Shown piece after piece: positions 29,111 to 40,905 of a stretch of 64,000 nucleotides of DNA. How positions within the stretch are numbered: position 1 is the stretch's first letter; each line of letters starts with the position of its first letter. The translations under genes were made by a program, and so were the position numbers. The stretch lies in assembly GCA_028534125.1 (NCBI GenBank), contig CM052817.1, positions 48,672,001-48,736,000 on the forward strand, read 5' to 3'. The notes under the pieces were generated by a model. That model had not been told where the DNA came from and did not search any database. It saw only the letters and a list, made by a program, of their open reading frames with translations. This DNA is from Lama glama. Lineage: Eukaryota.

Positions 29111-30644
29111 TACCATCTCCAATGTGCACCCTATTTCCAAACTTTTGATCTACTGAAAACAATCACTAGGCTGCTTTAAGTGTTCACATTTGCAAGTCAG
29201 TACATTTTTTAATGCCTTTGTGATAATTCAATACATTCATTTACAAATAATTAAAAAAACCCTTGTCCATGTGTCTTGAGTTTTCATTTGATGAATATTA
29301 CTAGTATATCTAATAGACATTTAAAATTGCTTCTCACATTCCCGGTACCAGACTGCCTCTAGCTGCTCTCACGTTCCTGGCTATTAGCAGTCTGCGTTAA
29401 CCTGCACATTACTCCTCAGTCCACCTTGAATGATAGCTGTGCTCCTGGAAAGCTTCATTTTTCCTGAGTTTTTACAAATTGTATGGTAATTTGAATTGAC
29501 TAGAGTCACCTTATTTAGAAGACCCTTTTGGTAAATTGTTTGGTGAAGTGCAAAACCCATGTTTTACAAAAAAATTAACTTCCTAATATACCTTGTTTAG
29601 AAATTAAGTTTTTGCAGGCAATTTCTTTAAAGAAGGATAATTGTATATTTGCAATGAAGTAAGAAGGAGGTTGGAGAGTCATGTCTTGTTCCATTCCCTC
29701 TCTACAAGATCACCCTGTTCATTTCCTTCATAGAACTAATCACAGTTATAATGTATAATTTAACATTAAAAATATTTATTAGTATCTACAGTCCTTGTAA
29801 ACACCATGAAGGATCATGTCTTTGTTTTTTCTGACCACTGTATCAGCAACTGGCACAATATCTTGTATATAGAGTTTTCAATGAATATTTGCTGATTATA
29901 TGAATGAGTATGGAAGTGTCAGGTGAGCTTGAGGCTGAAGAATGGTTTCTTTTTGTTCTGCTACTTTTTGGTAAATATCTTCTAACTTTTTTCTCATTGT
30001 CCACACTCAAGCAAACAGAATGCACTTAAAGGTCCAAATCACCTATTTCTATGTCTATAAAATATTGGAGAACATTTGGAGTATGTGTTCTAATTCTAGT
30101 GTCCTTTCTTTGATATAACATATGTTGTATGTGATCATATTTTGTGATGAAATGTTCGAAGTCAAAAATATTGACTACTTTAATATTCTTTTGCTATTGC
30201 ATGTTTCAGTTTTTTTTAGAGTTTATACAATCTAGATGTTTTGTGCTTCCAATTAGACAAATCAGAAAATATAGTTTACCTCTTTAGTCATGAGAAAATA
30301 ATTAGTTGGCAAGAAAATCTTAAATTCTTTTCGGAAAGTAGAATAATTATCCACTTTGAGTACACATAATCTAAAGCATCCCCTTTCTCCTAATTTCTAC
30401 CCTACTGCTCTGCCAAAATGAAACTCTACCACGATAGAGGGGATGCATTTAAAAAGTATAAGTACATTGAAATGTGCACTAGTACTTTGTTAGTTTATCA
30501 TCTTTCAACTTGGAAAAAAACAGGAAACTTAGGGAATGGGTCACAGACAGGGCAGTTTTGGCAGCAGGCAAGAAGACAGAGAAGTTTACAATTAGAGATG
30601 CAGCTAAGGCTGGTTGGTCCATAATATAAACATATTGCACTTAC

Positions 30645-30698
30645 TGGTAATGACAGAGTTGATCCTAGGAGACAAAACAGTAGAATCATAGTCTTCAT
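30645..30698 (-). CDS. AMTN: Amelotin exon 2 coding part (signal peptide MKTMILLFCLLGSTLSLP); whole exon 30645-30712
   Basis: 54-nt coding segment starting at ATG (CAT 30696-30698), 14-nt 5'UTR after acceptor tttcag|, phase-0 donor |gtaagt; matches the known AMTN N-terminus and the SCPP exon-2 layout. Confidence 0.98.
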
Positions 30699-30817
30699 GT
30701 TGAAATTGCTACCTGAAACAAAAAGACTGTTATTCTTTTGCTCTATTTTTTTCCTTTTGAAGACAAAGTAGAACTTGAAAAAACAGAATGTTGTTTGAAA
30801 CATGGTCAGTTAATTAC

Positions 30818-30905
30818 CTTTCTCTTCACTAGGCAAAATATACAGGTGAAACAATATTCAAAGTCCAGTTGATTTCTGTAGTTTCTGTGGTGAAAAATTT
30901 TACTC
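30818..30905 (-). other. AMTN: AMTN non-coding exon 1
   Basis: Donor aag|gtaatt at 30818, 105-nt intron 1 to the exon 2 acceptor; sequence aaatttttcacc...caactggac resembles my recollection of the human AMTN 5'UTR; 5' end approximate. Confidence 0.8.
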
Positions 30906-30929
30906 TTTGATGAACTGTGAGTTTGTAAG

Positions 30930-30980
30930 AGGAATTTAAACTTGACTCCAGGAGGCTGGCAACTGACAGACCAATCAGGA
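30930..30980 (-). promoter_or_regulatory. AMTN proximal promoter: TATA-like TTTAAA (30935-30940) and inverted CCAAT/NF-Y box GACCAATCAG (30969-30978)
   Basis: Motifs sit about 30 and 70 nt upstream of the inferred transcription start. Confidence 0.55.
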
Positions 30981-33900
30981 CTTCGGTGTCTGAAATCATT
31001 TGGTTTCTTTCATTTCCCAACACTTCATTAGGTGAGTTATTAGCTACAGACATTGTATTACCCAATGTCTATCATTTGAATAGAGGGTATTTCAAGAAGA
31101 CATGTCTTGTGTAATTTTAAAAAAGTGCAGACAATAAAAAATTATAACCCTTCTTCACCTCCATCTACTTTCCCAATGACTTCCCAGATGTACCTGTTTT
31201 ATCATGTGTGTATGAACATATAAATCAAACAACAAAAGTATGTTAAAATTAAAAACAAGGCCTATTGTGTACATTGCTCTGCAGTTTACTTTGCTTACTT
31301 AACAAATAATGGGCATCCTTATGTATCAGTAAATATAGATTTATCTCATTTATTTAATGGCTACATTGTATTACATTGCATTTCCTTTTGATGGATATTT
31401 AATCCATTTCCATTTTATTTTGTAATTATAAGTAGTGCAATGAATAGCCTTATACAATTTTCTTACACATGTGAGAGCATTTCTTTAGGTATTATTCCTG
31501 GAAGTACTATACTAAAGGATATGTCTGTTTTAAATTTCACTAAGTATGGCCAAATTGCCTTCCAGAAATGTTGAATGGTGCATTTTATTTTAAATGAGGA
31601 AAACACTACTGTAATCTAAGCAAAATGCAAGGGTCCGTTGAGGTTTCTTTCACGAAAAGAACAATGAAATACTTACCATAGGTTTTCAGGGCCCCAGGCT
31701 TCACCTGGAGTTTTTGAGAGATGTCATTTCTTTAATGACATATACGGAGGGAGGTGGGGTCTGTTCAACAAGTTCTCAGTCCAAATCGAAGATAAATCTG
31801 TGTTAGGCCAGGATTTCACATAGAAGGCCCTCTTAGATTTGGCTAGTTTTAGAGTACAGAATGTCTGTCTTAGACAGTGAATTGTTCCCAAAAGCTTTTC
31901 TGTAATTATTCAATTCATTACACAATCAGCTTTTGTTACTGTCTGATAAGAACGGGGGAAACACAAAGGTTAACCAGGATACACTTAGTAAGTGCTAGGA
32001 GTACACACAGGTATGAAGGAAAACATGATTCATTTTGTTGGGGGCAGAAGGGCAGAGAGAGTTTAATAAAGGAGGTGATCTTGGAGCTGGGTTTTGAAGA
32101 ATAACAAGCATTCATTAAGAATGCAAGGAGAGCCTCCACGCAGACAGTGTTCATACGTGAAGGAGTGATGTTATTGTTCCCTCACACTGGAACAAAATGA
32201 GGTGAGGATAGCAGTGAATGAGAAGGTTGGAGAGATACCTGATTTTAGCCACCAATAGTATTTTTGTTTGTTGGTTTGTTTCTGTTACTTATTTTGGCTT
32301 GCAATCATATTATCTCACACAGCTTCTTCATTATTTCCTGATTATATGTTTCTCTTGAACTAGATGGCGAGTTCCTGGGGCCTTGTCTTATATTTCTTTA
32401 GGGTCTTCTATGTTGATAACTTTGCAGAGCACCAGATGGTCACTGCATATTGATGAATAAATGGTAGAGGTATTATATACTACAGGGAGTTGGAGCAAGG
32501 CCAAGTTGAGGGAAGACTTCAGAGAAGAGATGGGGCTTTAAAGTGGATTTGGAGAATATGTGATTGATGGGACAGACAATGGCATGGTAAAGGGAGTGAT
32601 TCTAAGAGGCACAATGAAACATAAGGGCTGAAAGATGTGGAAGGGAAGGAACTTTATTGTTTCACAGATGTTCGTAGTTGCATTCATTCATTCTTTTATT
32701 CAGTCAGTTCATTTTTCCAACCCATCATTCAGCATATGTTCACTCTGTCTTCTGCTAGCATTATTTCAGTCCTCGGGAATAAAACAGTGAATGGAAGGGG
32801 CACAAATCTCTGCCCTTAAGGAGCTTACATTTTGTGGGGGAACATTAAATAGTCAAGACTCATTATGTGGGAGAGAGCCCATGACACCACGGAGTCCACT
32901 TTCCCCTGGACATTCTTTTCAATCAATGTGTAGGGGAAGGGGCTTCCTTAAAATTGTTTTTTCTTTTTGGAGGAGGCAGAATTGAATTTTATGCCACTGA
33001 TAATCCTGGGCTTAGGTGAGGAGACTTGGTTTCTATTGCCAGTCTACAGTATGGTGCTAATGAATAGCTTATTCTAATTGAATCACGGTGTGACTGTCTG
33101 GACATCAGGTGATTCAGGGAACTGAGAGCATCGAATGCCTGTTGCAGACATGTCTCCAACCCCAAGCTGGAATGGAACACGCCCTAGCTTGGAAACTGAG
33201 CAGTCAGTAGAATTTGGCCAAAATAAACAAGGGAAATTAAGAAGGCTGAGTAATTTCTTAGACAAGAAATTTTAAGTTTGAAAGCAGATAACTTGCAATA
33301 ATATAATTATAGAGTTGGATGTCAAGAAATATGTACTATAAAAGGGGAAAATTCCTAAATATTCTTAAAACTGAGAGACATCAGCAAAAATAGTGAGGTA
33401 ATTTATTTTTTCTGAAATGACTCAGGATATCAGGATTCTTTAAAGTACTTTATGAACTGCAGTTTACATCTCTTGGCTCTGTAGATCTAGGAATTTCTTT
33501 ATATTTATTATTGGCTTTATTTTTAAGTTAATTTTGTTTATGAACCCTTTTGAGAATTTGATTGAACCTATACACCATCCCCTGAGAAAAAAATGCACAT
33601 ATGACCATGAACAAAATGTGTATCATGGATCTCCTGAGAGCCCAACTGTGAAGACCCAGGTTAAAAGTCTCTGGTTTGGAGGAGTCTTGGTAGAAACCTC
33701 TAGTTATTTGTGTTATCCCTGAACTTTCTAGGGTTTCTTAAGCCAAGTAATATACCCTCTTCCCAATTCCATCATACCCAATGGATGTGGGAAGATGGGA
33801 ATTACTCAGACCCAAGGCACTCTTTGTGAATTCCAGTCTAAGAGGACCTTTTTGGTAATCAAAGGATAAGGTAAAGTGGAGACCTTTCTGTCCTACCACT

Positions 33901-34779
33901 TGATAATTTAATCACAGCTTTAAAAGGATTCGAGACACACAATTGCTATCAATTGTTGTGATAGCTTGATTAAGTTAAGTACATTAGTAATTTGAAACTG
34001 CAGTCAGCATTCCACGATGCATAGTAATTCCAATGACATCTATTAAATTTAAACCTAAATTATGCTCGGCCAGGTATTGTATTAGCTGCTAGGTTTCAAA
34101 AGTGAATAAGACAGAATCCCTGCTTGTGTTCTTGTGAGAAATACAGCCAGTGTCCAATCACTGTATAATGTGTAGGTGAAATGGAAGTATGTGCTAGAGG
34201 TCAGAAAAGAGCCTTCATGTATTTTCAGCTTGTTTCTTTGCATTTGTTGCATTTATTCATGGTATTCCCTCTGCCTAGAGTCCCCCCTTTCATCTTTGGT
34301 CATCCTACAGTAGCCTGGAAGCTCTACCCATCCTTAAAGTTTTTTTTTATGCCACAACCTTCGTTAAGTCTTCCTTCCCCTAATTTGAAGTCAGCCTTCC
34401 TTTTCCTTCTCTGAAACCATATTTGAATTCATGAATTTCTTATTTACTTTATTGTACTTTGGCCGATGCTATTATTTGTGTTTCTATTTTGAGATATTAG
34501 GCTTCAAGGTAAATCTTGTGTCTCGCTCATTTTATATTCTCTGTAGAACCCAGCAAAGTATCTTGCATGTGGTAGAGCAATAGATACAATTTGAATTGAA
34601 TTATCACTTCCTTGACTCTGTAAATTTACAGAATTCTTTAAAATTATTGACCAATTTGTACTGCCCTGAGGAAATTAGGGCATATGCTTCAAAACCTGCA
34701 ATAGAACCACTTTTCTATGGAGTGGTTTGCTGAATGCCAGAAGCACAGGCACTGAACTAAGAACTAAAATTCTACTAAA

Positions 34780-36657
34780 TAGAAAGAAACCATGTATGTT
34801 TATTATTAATCTCGAAGTTTATTTTTTCAGATTGGGTATTGGGAAAATATGTTTAGACTTTTTGGTAGAGTAGCTTGGCCATTGGTCATAGGTGATAAAG
34901 TTCAGTGTGTAATGTCATTAGAAATATTGGATGTATTTTCAAATTTCCCCATTCAACAGAGTTGAGCTCAATTCAACGTGGTAACATTGTACTCTGTTTA
35001 TATAGAAAAATTTCAACACAATTTCAACTCAACATTAAAAGTACATGCATATGGATTGAAAAAACAGGCTTTGTTGCAGGTGACTTTTCAAAAGAGAAAG
35101 AATGTCCTGCAAATAGTCATAAATGAGGATGCTGAGGGGAAGGATAAGAGATGTGGTACTAGAGTAAAAGGGATTAATTCATGATTTCAGTGCTTGGATT
35201 GGTGGTGTGATGGTTTAGATAAGGTTCTGGAATAGTGTTGGGAGTTTATGTAGTTTCAGAGTTGATACAATACTTCCAGGTGGGTACTTACTTTGAGTTT
35301 TGTAGGAGTAATCGGTAAAATATATATTTTCAAAGTCAAATGGAAGGTCAGTATATGATTCTGTGTTGCCACAGAAGATTCTGTGTTTCAAAAGTTATAT
35401 GCAAAGTCAGTTTAAGATTAGGTGCCATCATAGGGAGATACTTTTGTTTCAGAGTAGTTGTAGGTGCCAGCTTCCAGGCTATTGTAGGATAGAGTGGTTT
35501 GTTTTATGGTACAGCAGATGTTAGTGTGGTGATTATAGTTAGACCTGAGTTGTAGACGTGGTGGTGGTGGTAGAAGTGCTTTAGAAGTTGTGGTAGTAGG
35601 GATAGTGAAAGTTATAGTAGTGCTTTGTGTTTGAGGTTGAGAGCTTGAAAATTCAAGTATTAGATCTGGATGGGGGTTTGGACAGAGGAGCACAGGGGGA
35701 AAAGATTTCATTTTGATTAGATTGAGTTGTCCTGGTCTTTTGTTGATTTGTGGATTTGGATGAAGTTTGGTGTGATCAGATATTTCTTGAGGTGACTTTG
35801 GGCAAAATTGAGACTTTAAAGTTTTTTTTTAATGAATAGAAGATTTTGGAAAATATTTTAATAGCTGGATTTTGATTAACTGCAAGGTTTCATATGAGTT
35901 TTTGGAAAGCAAGCTACTGACTGAATAGCTATTTTAAGAAGAGCTTTGGTAGGACAATTCTTTGCCAAATAGCTGCTCTTGGATGGTTATATGGAAAAGC
36001 AACACTTGATGAAACAACTGCTTTTGGATACATTTTAGATGGTTTGGCTCTTTCTTATTAGTTATTATTGAATGGCCTTGTATATATCCACGTCTTAGGT
36101 GAACAGCTGTTTTTGGACCAGCTTTGGACTGGGAAATGTTTCTCTGATGTTAGTTTTTGCAGAGTTTGTTCTGTGGCAGATGTTTCTGGATGAATATTGG
36201 CTTGTTTTAGATGAATTTGTTTGAGGTAACTCCCTGCTGAATAGCTTCTTTGGATAAGAAAATTCTTTGCAAATCACCTTGTCTTTGATGAGTTTGTGTA
36301 GAGCCAGGTCCTGGCTAAACAGCTACATTTGGATGAGCTTTGGACAAGGAAGATATTTTCTGACAAGTTGATTTCAGATGAATTTGTGCAGAACTAGATC
36401 TTGAATGAAAAGCTATATGGGATAGATTTTGGATGGTGTACTTCTTTGTTAATTAGTTGGTCTCCAGTGAATTTGCATAGAGCCAAGTCTTGACTGACTG
36501 ACTATTTACGGATGAGTTTAGGTTTGGGACTATTTTTGCTCATCAGCTGGTTTTGGAAGAAGTTGAATTTGATCAGAGTTTTATTGAGATGAAGTTGGTC
36601 TGAAAGCTGGTGAATCAGACCGTGTGCTCTCTGCTTGGTTCTACTTTTCCTTTGAGA
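34780..36657 (-). pseudogene. Decayed SCPP/MUC7-like large exon: 45-nt tandem-repeat domain, Thr/Pro-rich domain and putative 3' UTR
   Basis: Strong strand bias like the MUC7 exon; 45-nt periodic repeats; fragmented ORFs 36095..36277 and 35418..35711 (QPQTQSTTITFTIPTTTT); many stops and frameshifts; polypyrimidine tract ending CAA instead of CAG at 36658-36660; AATAAA at 34799-34804. Confidence 0.6.
35850..36575 (-). repeat. Degenerate 45-nt tandem repeat (about 15 units, with a 90-nt dimer structure)
   Basis: Core (+ strand gatgagttt/gatgaattt-like) recurs at 36511, 36466, 36421, 36377, 36332, 36287, then 36210, 36116, 36070, 36027, 35982, 35938, 35893. Confidence 0.8.
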
Positions 36658-37099
36658 TTGATCAGAGAGAAGGATAAACATACAAAACTGTCACTGAATC
36701 TTAGAAGAAAAACAAGTGGGTAAACTGATGATAGTGTTTTTATTTGACTCTCATTTTACTCAGAGTTCTAAGCTAGCTTTCATTTGGCTATGTAATTTAG
36801 TTGTATGACTTTCTTGATTGTAGACCCCAGGCTAAGTACTCGGAACAACTTCCTAATTGTGTTTTAAAATCATCAGATGTCAAGGAGGTGCTTAAGCATC
36901 AATTGTTGGCTTTTGTTTTTTAATTGTTGGCTTGTTGATCAGTTATCCAGTGTAGGTAGCTTATGTTAACTGGTGTGAGAAACTGTTGATGTGAGGTGGG
37001 GAGGAATTTCTCTCTTGGGGCTCGCTTTAGTGGCTAGTCCCACACTGTGTCCTCATCCCCTTACCCTAAGCCCAATTGAATTCTAGTCTTATAATTAAT

Positions 37100-37825
37100 T
37101 AACTATTCAAACAAACATCTATTAGGCATTTACTATTTTGCCGACACTGCAGTAGACAGTGGGGGTTGAGCTGGAAGATTGTCAGTTTGCTATCTCTGAT
37201 GTGAACTGAGAATAGACAAAGCCTAAGACTCAGTCATGCCAATAGCCAACACCTTGAAGTATATGGATGGAAGTGGAGAAGCCAGTACAAGAGACTGAGA
37301 AGAAGCGGCACCGTAGGAGAAAAACTTGGAGAGCGCGGTTTTACAGAAGGCAAAGTAAGAGAGCTTTTCAAGAATGACAAAGTGATCAAAGTGTGGAGAG
37401 TTGCTTAGAGTACAATAATGACTGAAATAAGTCCATTTAAATTAGCACCAAGTAAATCATTGGTGAACTGAGAAACTGGAGTCATGGGGTGAAAGTTGAA
37501 TTAGAGCATGTTGAGAGGTGAGTGAATGATACGATGTCTGTAGACACCTCAGCCTTTTGAAGACTGCAGCTGTGAACTGGTGAAGAAATAAAGGAATAAA
37601 GGCCCTGGAAAGGCAGAATGTTTTTGTGTCTAGGGCACAAATGGAGGAATTGGTCTTTAATTGGGTCATTGTAACAGAAATAAAGGAAGAGAAGATGGGA
37701 ACAGATGCAGGAAGATTTGTACATATGGTGGCAATAAATTGAAGGAAATCAACTTGACAACTTCTGTTTGCTCTGTGAAATATTAGGCAAGCTCACTTAC
37801 CAAGAGCTGAGGGAGAAGGGACAGA
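37100..37825 (-). mobile_element. L2 fragment, antisense
   Basis: Purine-rich + strand; ggggtgaaagttgaattagagcatgttgaga resembles the reverse complement of L2 ORF2. Confidence 0.55.
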
Positions 37826-37828
37826 AAC

Positions 37829-38578
37829 TGAGATTTTAGGCTGGGGAATATACAATATAATCCTTTTGAAACTGAATAGGACCCTTCTGGATATGAAAAG
37901 CCTTTACGCTCTTGTTTACAAAAAAAAGCCTCCTAGACCTTCCCTGAATTCCAAAGGCCTGATTCAAACAGTTACTAACTAGGGAAGTAGGGGAACACAA
38001 AAACAAAGGAAAAGCAAGCCCAACATAATCTTTTCCGTGAGTGTTAGCTTGAATTAATGCCTTATGACCCCAAACTGTTGAGATAATGTCCTGTGGCTTC
38101 AACCAGCTGACCCCAAGCAGATTTAAAATTGATGACACCAGGAGGGTGAATTCAGAACTGAAACTCCTGAGCCATCATGAAACTCTAAGTAAGTAATAAG
38201 ATGCCTCAACCACTGCTTTTAGTCTCTCCTAGAAAGAAAAGAGATCAAAAGACCATGAGTTACTAGTTTTCTTTGCAGGAATATAGATCAGTCGCAATCA
38301 CCAATGACACATTAAGTCACAAGAAGGTGCCAGGAAGTCTGCAACGGAGGTCTTATCAGGAAGCTGAAGTCACAAAGACCCCCTCTTCCCTTTACCATTT
38401 TGTCTTTAAAATCTTGTGCCCCAGCCAGCCAGCAAGATGGGTTTGAGACAAGCCTACATCTCCCATCTTCCGAGTTGGCGCTTCCTGGACTAGTAAACCT
38501 TTCTCTGCTCCCAATTCAGACGTTTTGGTTTGTTCAGACTCACTGTGCATTGGGTACATGAAGTTGGGTTCAACAACA
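37829..38578 (+). mobile_element. Probable solo ERV LTR
   Basis: TG...CA ends, TTTAAA and AGTAAA motifs near the 3' end, U5-like cactgtgcattgggtacatgaagttggg; TSD not resolved. Confidence 0.5.
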
Positions 38579-38899
38579 CTTTGGAGTGTGAGTGAGCGTG
38601 CTGATTAGAGACTAATGGTCTAGGGCAAGCATTTCTAGTAATTCCAGTTGTTTTGCTGTGTGATCATTTCCAGTAACTCCCAGCGTCTTGGCTACAGTGG
38701 TGTGGTTCAGAAGGCTTTGCTCCCAGTGGGATGCCGTTATTATTGAGGACACTTAGCCATGGTGCCGAGGGCAGTCATAACTTCAGGGCAGGTATGGAAC
38801 TAGCTAGAAATCCTCACTTAGGATTGCCCTTCAGATTTCTTTCTCCTCCCCCTCCTTCCAACTGATTACTTCTCCTTCTTTAATGAGACAACATGGATA

Positions 38900-40905
38900 G
38901 AATGAAAGCCATTATATGGGAACGCTCCTATTGTCTCAACATACCTGAACCTGGACTCATCTCTTTCTTGTTACAATGGAAGAAGTATCCTTACTACTAC
39001 TAATGGACAACTCCTCTACTATTTTTCTGGATTCCATCCCTTTACTTTCTTAAGGACTTCACTTTTTCAGTTATCTTCCCATCTCTTTTCCTTTCTGTCA
39101 GCATACCAACCTGCTCCACATTAAGAAACAAAAAACTAAACAAGAGTCTCTTGACTACATATCCATACAGTAGCTGCCTAATTTTTTGACTCCAATTCCA
39201 AAAATAAGAATTATTTTCATTTCTCTCTCTGTTTCTTCATTTTCCATTTGTTCATTTCACAACGGCTTCCATTCCCACCACTGCATTGAAACTGCTCTTG
39301 CTTAAGGTCACTAATAACCTCCAAGTTGCCAGAGCTAAGGGATACTATTTGGCCTTCATTTTATTCAGTCTTTTGGTGGCATTTGTATCATTAACCACTG
39401 CCTCTTTCTTGAATACTTTCCTCTTCTCCCTGAGCATCCATGATACCACTCTCCTGGGTTTTCTGTTATCATCTCCCTGATTGTTCCTTCTAGTTCTTAT
39501 ATGGTCTTCAGAAAAGTTAGAGTGCCTCAGGGTGTGGTCCTAATCTTCCTTCCCTTGCTTTCTCTTTCACTCCCTTCCCTTTCCTTTCATCTCTTCTCCC
39601 ACCTCTCTCCTATGTGATCTCATACAATTCCATGTCATTAAATATAATTCGAATGCTGGTAACTCTCAAATTTATATTTTTGTCCCAATTTTTCCTTTGA
39701 GTTCAAATCTCTATATACACCGAAGTACATCTCTATCTGGATAATAGTCATCTTGAACAGAATGTGATTTAAACTGAATACACGATTGAATTCCATTTTC
39801 CTCCCAGTCTCATTTTTCCTCAAGTCTTCACTATTTTGGTGAATGGCACCATCGCCTACCCAGTTATCCAGGTCAGACACCTAGGGTTTATACTTTATTT
39901 AACCCTCTTTGGCATGTCCTGTCAGTACTACTTCTAAAATGTAAGCCAATCCTTTCAAATTTTCTCCAGTTCTGTCCCTGCCACCCAGTTTCATCTAGTT
40001 CCGGGTTTTCCAACCTTGGTACCATTGACATTATGGACTAGATATTTCTTTTTTTCAGAGAGACAGTCCTGTGCATTGTAGGATGTCTAGCAGCATCCCT
40101 GGCTTCTACCCACTAGGTGTCAGTATCATCCCTCCAGTTGTGACAAAAAAAAGGTCTCCAGCTGAATGTCTCTTGGTGGGAGCAACACTGTACCCAGCTG
40201 AGAGCCATAAGATCTAGTGTAAGACACCATGATCTCTAACATAAATTGCTACGGCAACCTCCAAACTCATCTCTTGATTCCTACTCCTGCCTCCTGGTCC
40301 CTGGTACCATTACCTGTGCTTTTTCACTTATCCCCTGCTTCTGCTCTGACTACCCTACAGTTCATTTTCCACCCAGTCATTGTATAAAATGCCGTTAAGA
40401 TAATATTTTGCCATGTTGAACATCCTTACTGGCTTTTCATTGAATTTTGAGTGAAATACAAGCTCATTATTCTTGTCTACAAAGTCTTCTTAAATTTTTT
40501 ATTTTATTAAAAAAAAAAACTTAAAATAATCTGGTTTCTGTTAACCTCATCTGTACCAGCCTTCCTGTAGTTCATGTGTCCTTGCCACTTTGGAAGCACT
40601 TCTGTTCTCAAACGTGGGAGCCTTTGCCTTTCCATCTCCCTGAAATACTTGGCCCCTGGATGTTTGCCTGGCTGGGTCCTTTTCAAGCTTTAGGACTTGG
40701 CTTAAATGTCTTCTTTTCAGAGAGGCCTTTTCTGGAACACTCTGGTGCCCAAGGGAGTGATCTCCAGCACTTTTCATCACATCACCCTGCTTACTTCCTT
40801 CACAGTACTGACCACCACTTCCAGTCACCTTGTCTTTCCCGCTGCTCTTTTGATGCCTGGCACATAATAAGCACTTGATAAATATTTATTAAATGAATGA
40901 ATGAG
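38900..40905 (+). mobile_element. L2 (RT region through 3' end), interrupted by MER20
   Basis: ORF 39286..39480 LLKVTNNL...FILFSLLVAF resembles L2 RT (ALLKVTNDL...LLDLSAAF); ends tgcctggcacataataagcacttgataaatatttattaaatgaatgaatga. Confidence 0.75.
39997..40215. mobile_element. MER20 DNA transposon
   Basis: gtcctgtgcattgtaggatgtctagcagcatccctggcttctacccactag is the MER20 hallmark. Confidence 0.85.

Noticed and set aside
33337..33344. TATAAAAG on the plus strand
   Set aside because: Wrong orientation for AMTN, no associated exon, and expected by chance in AT-rich DNA
35850..36575. CRISPR-like interpretation of the periodic array
   Set aside because: Eukaryotic context, degenerate tandem units without unique spacers, and no cas genes
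37790..37825. 6-nt micro-exon-like ag|ctcttg|gtaagt on the minus strand
   Set aside because: Lies in an L2 remnant; likely chance
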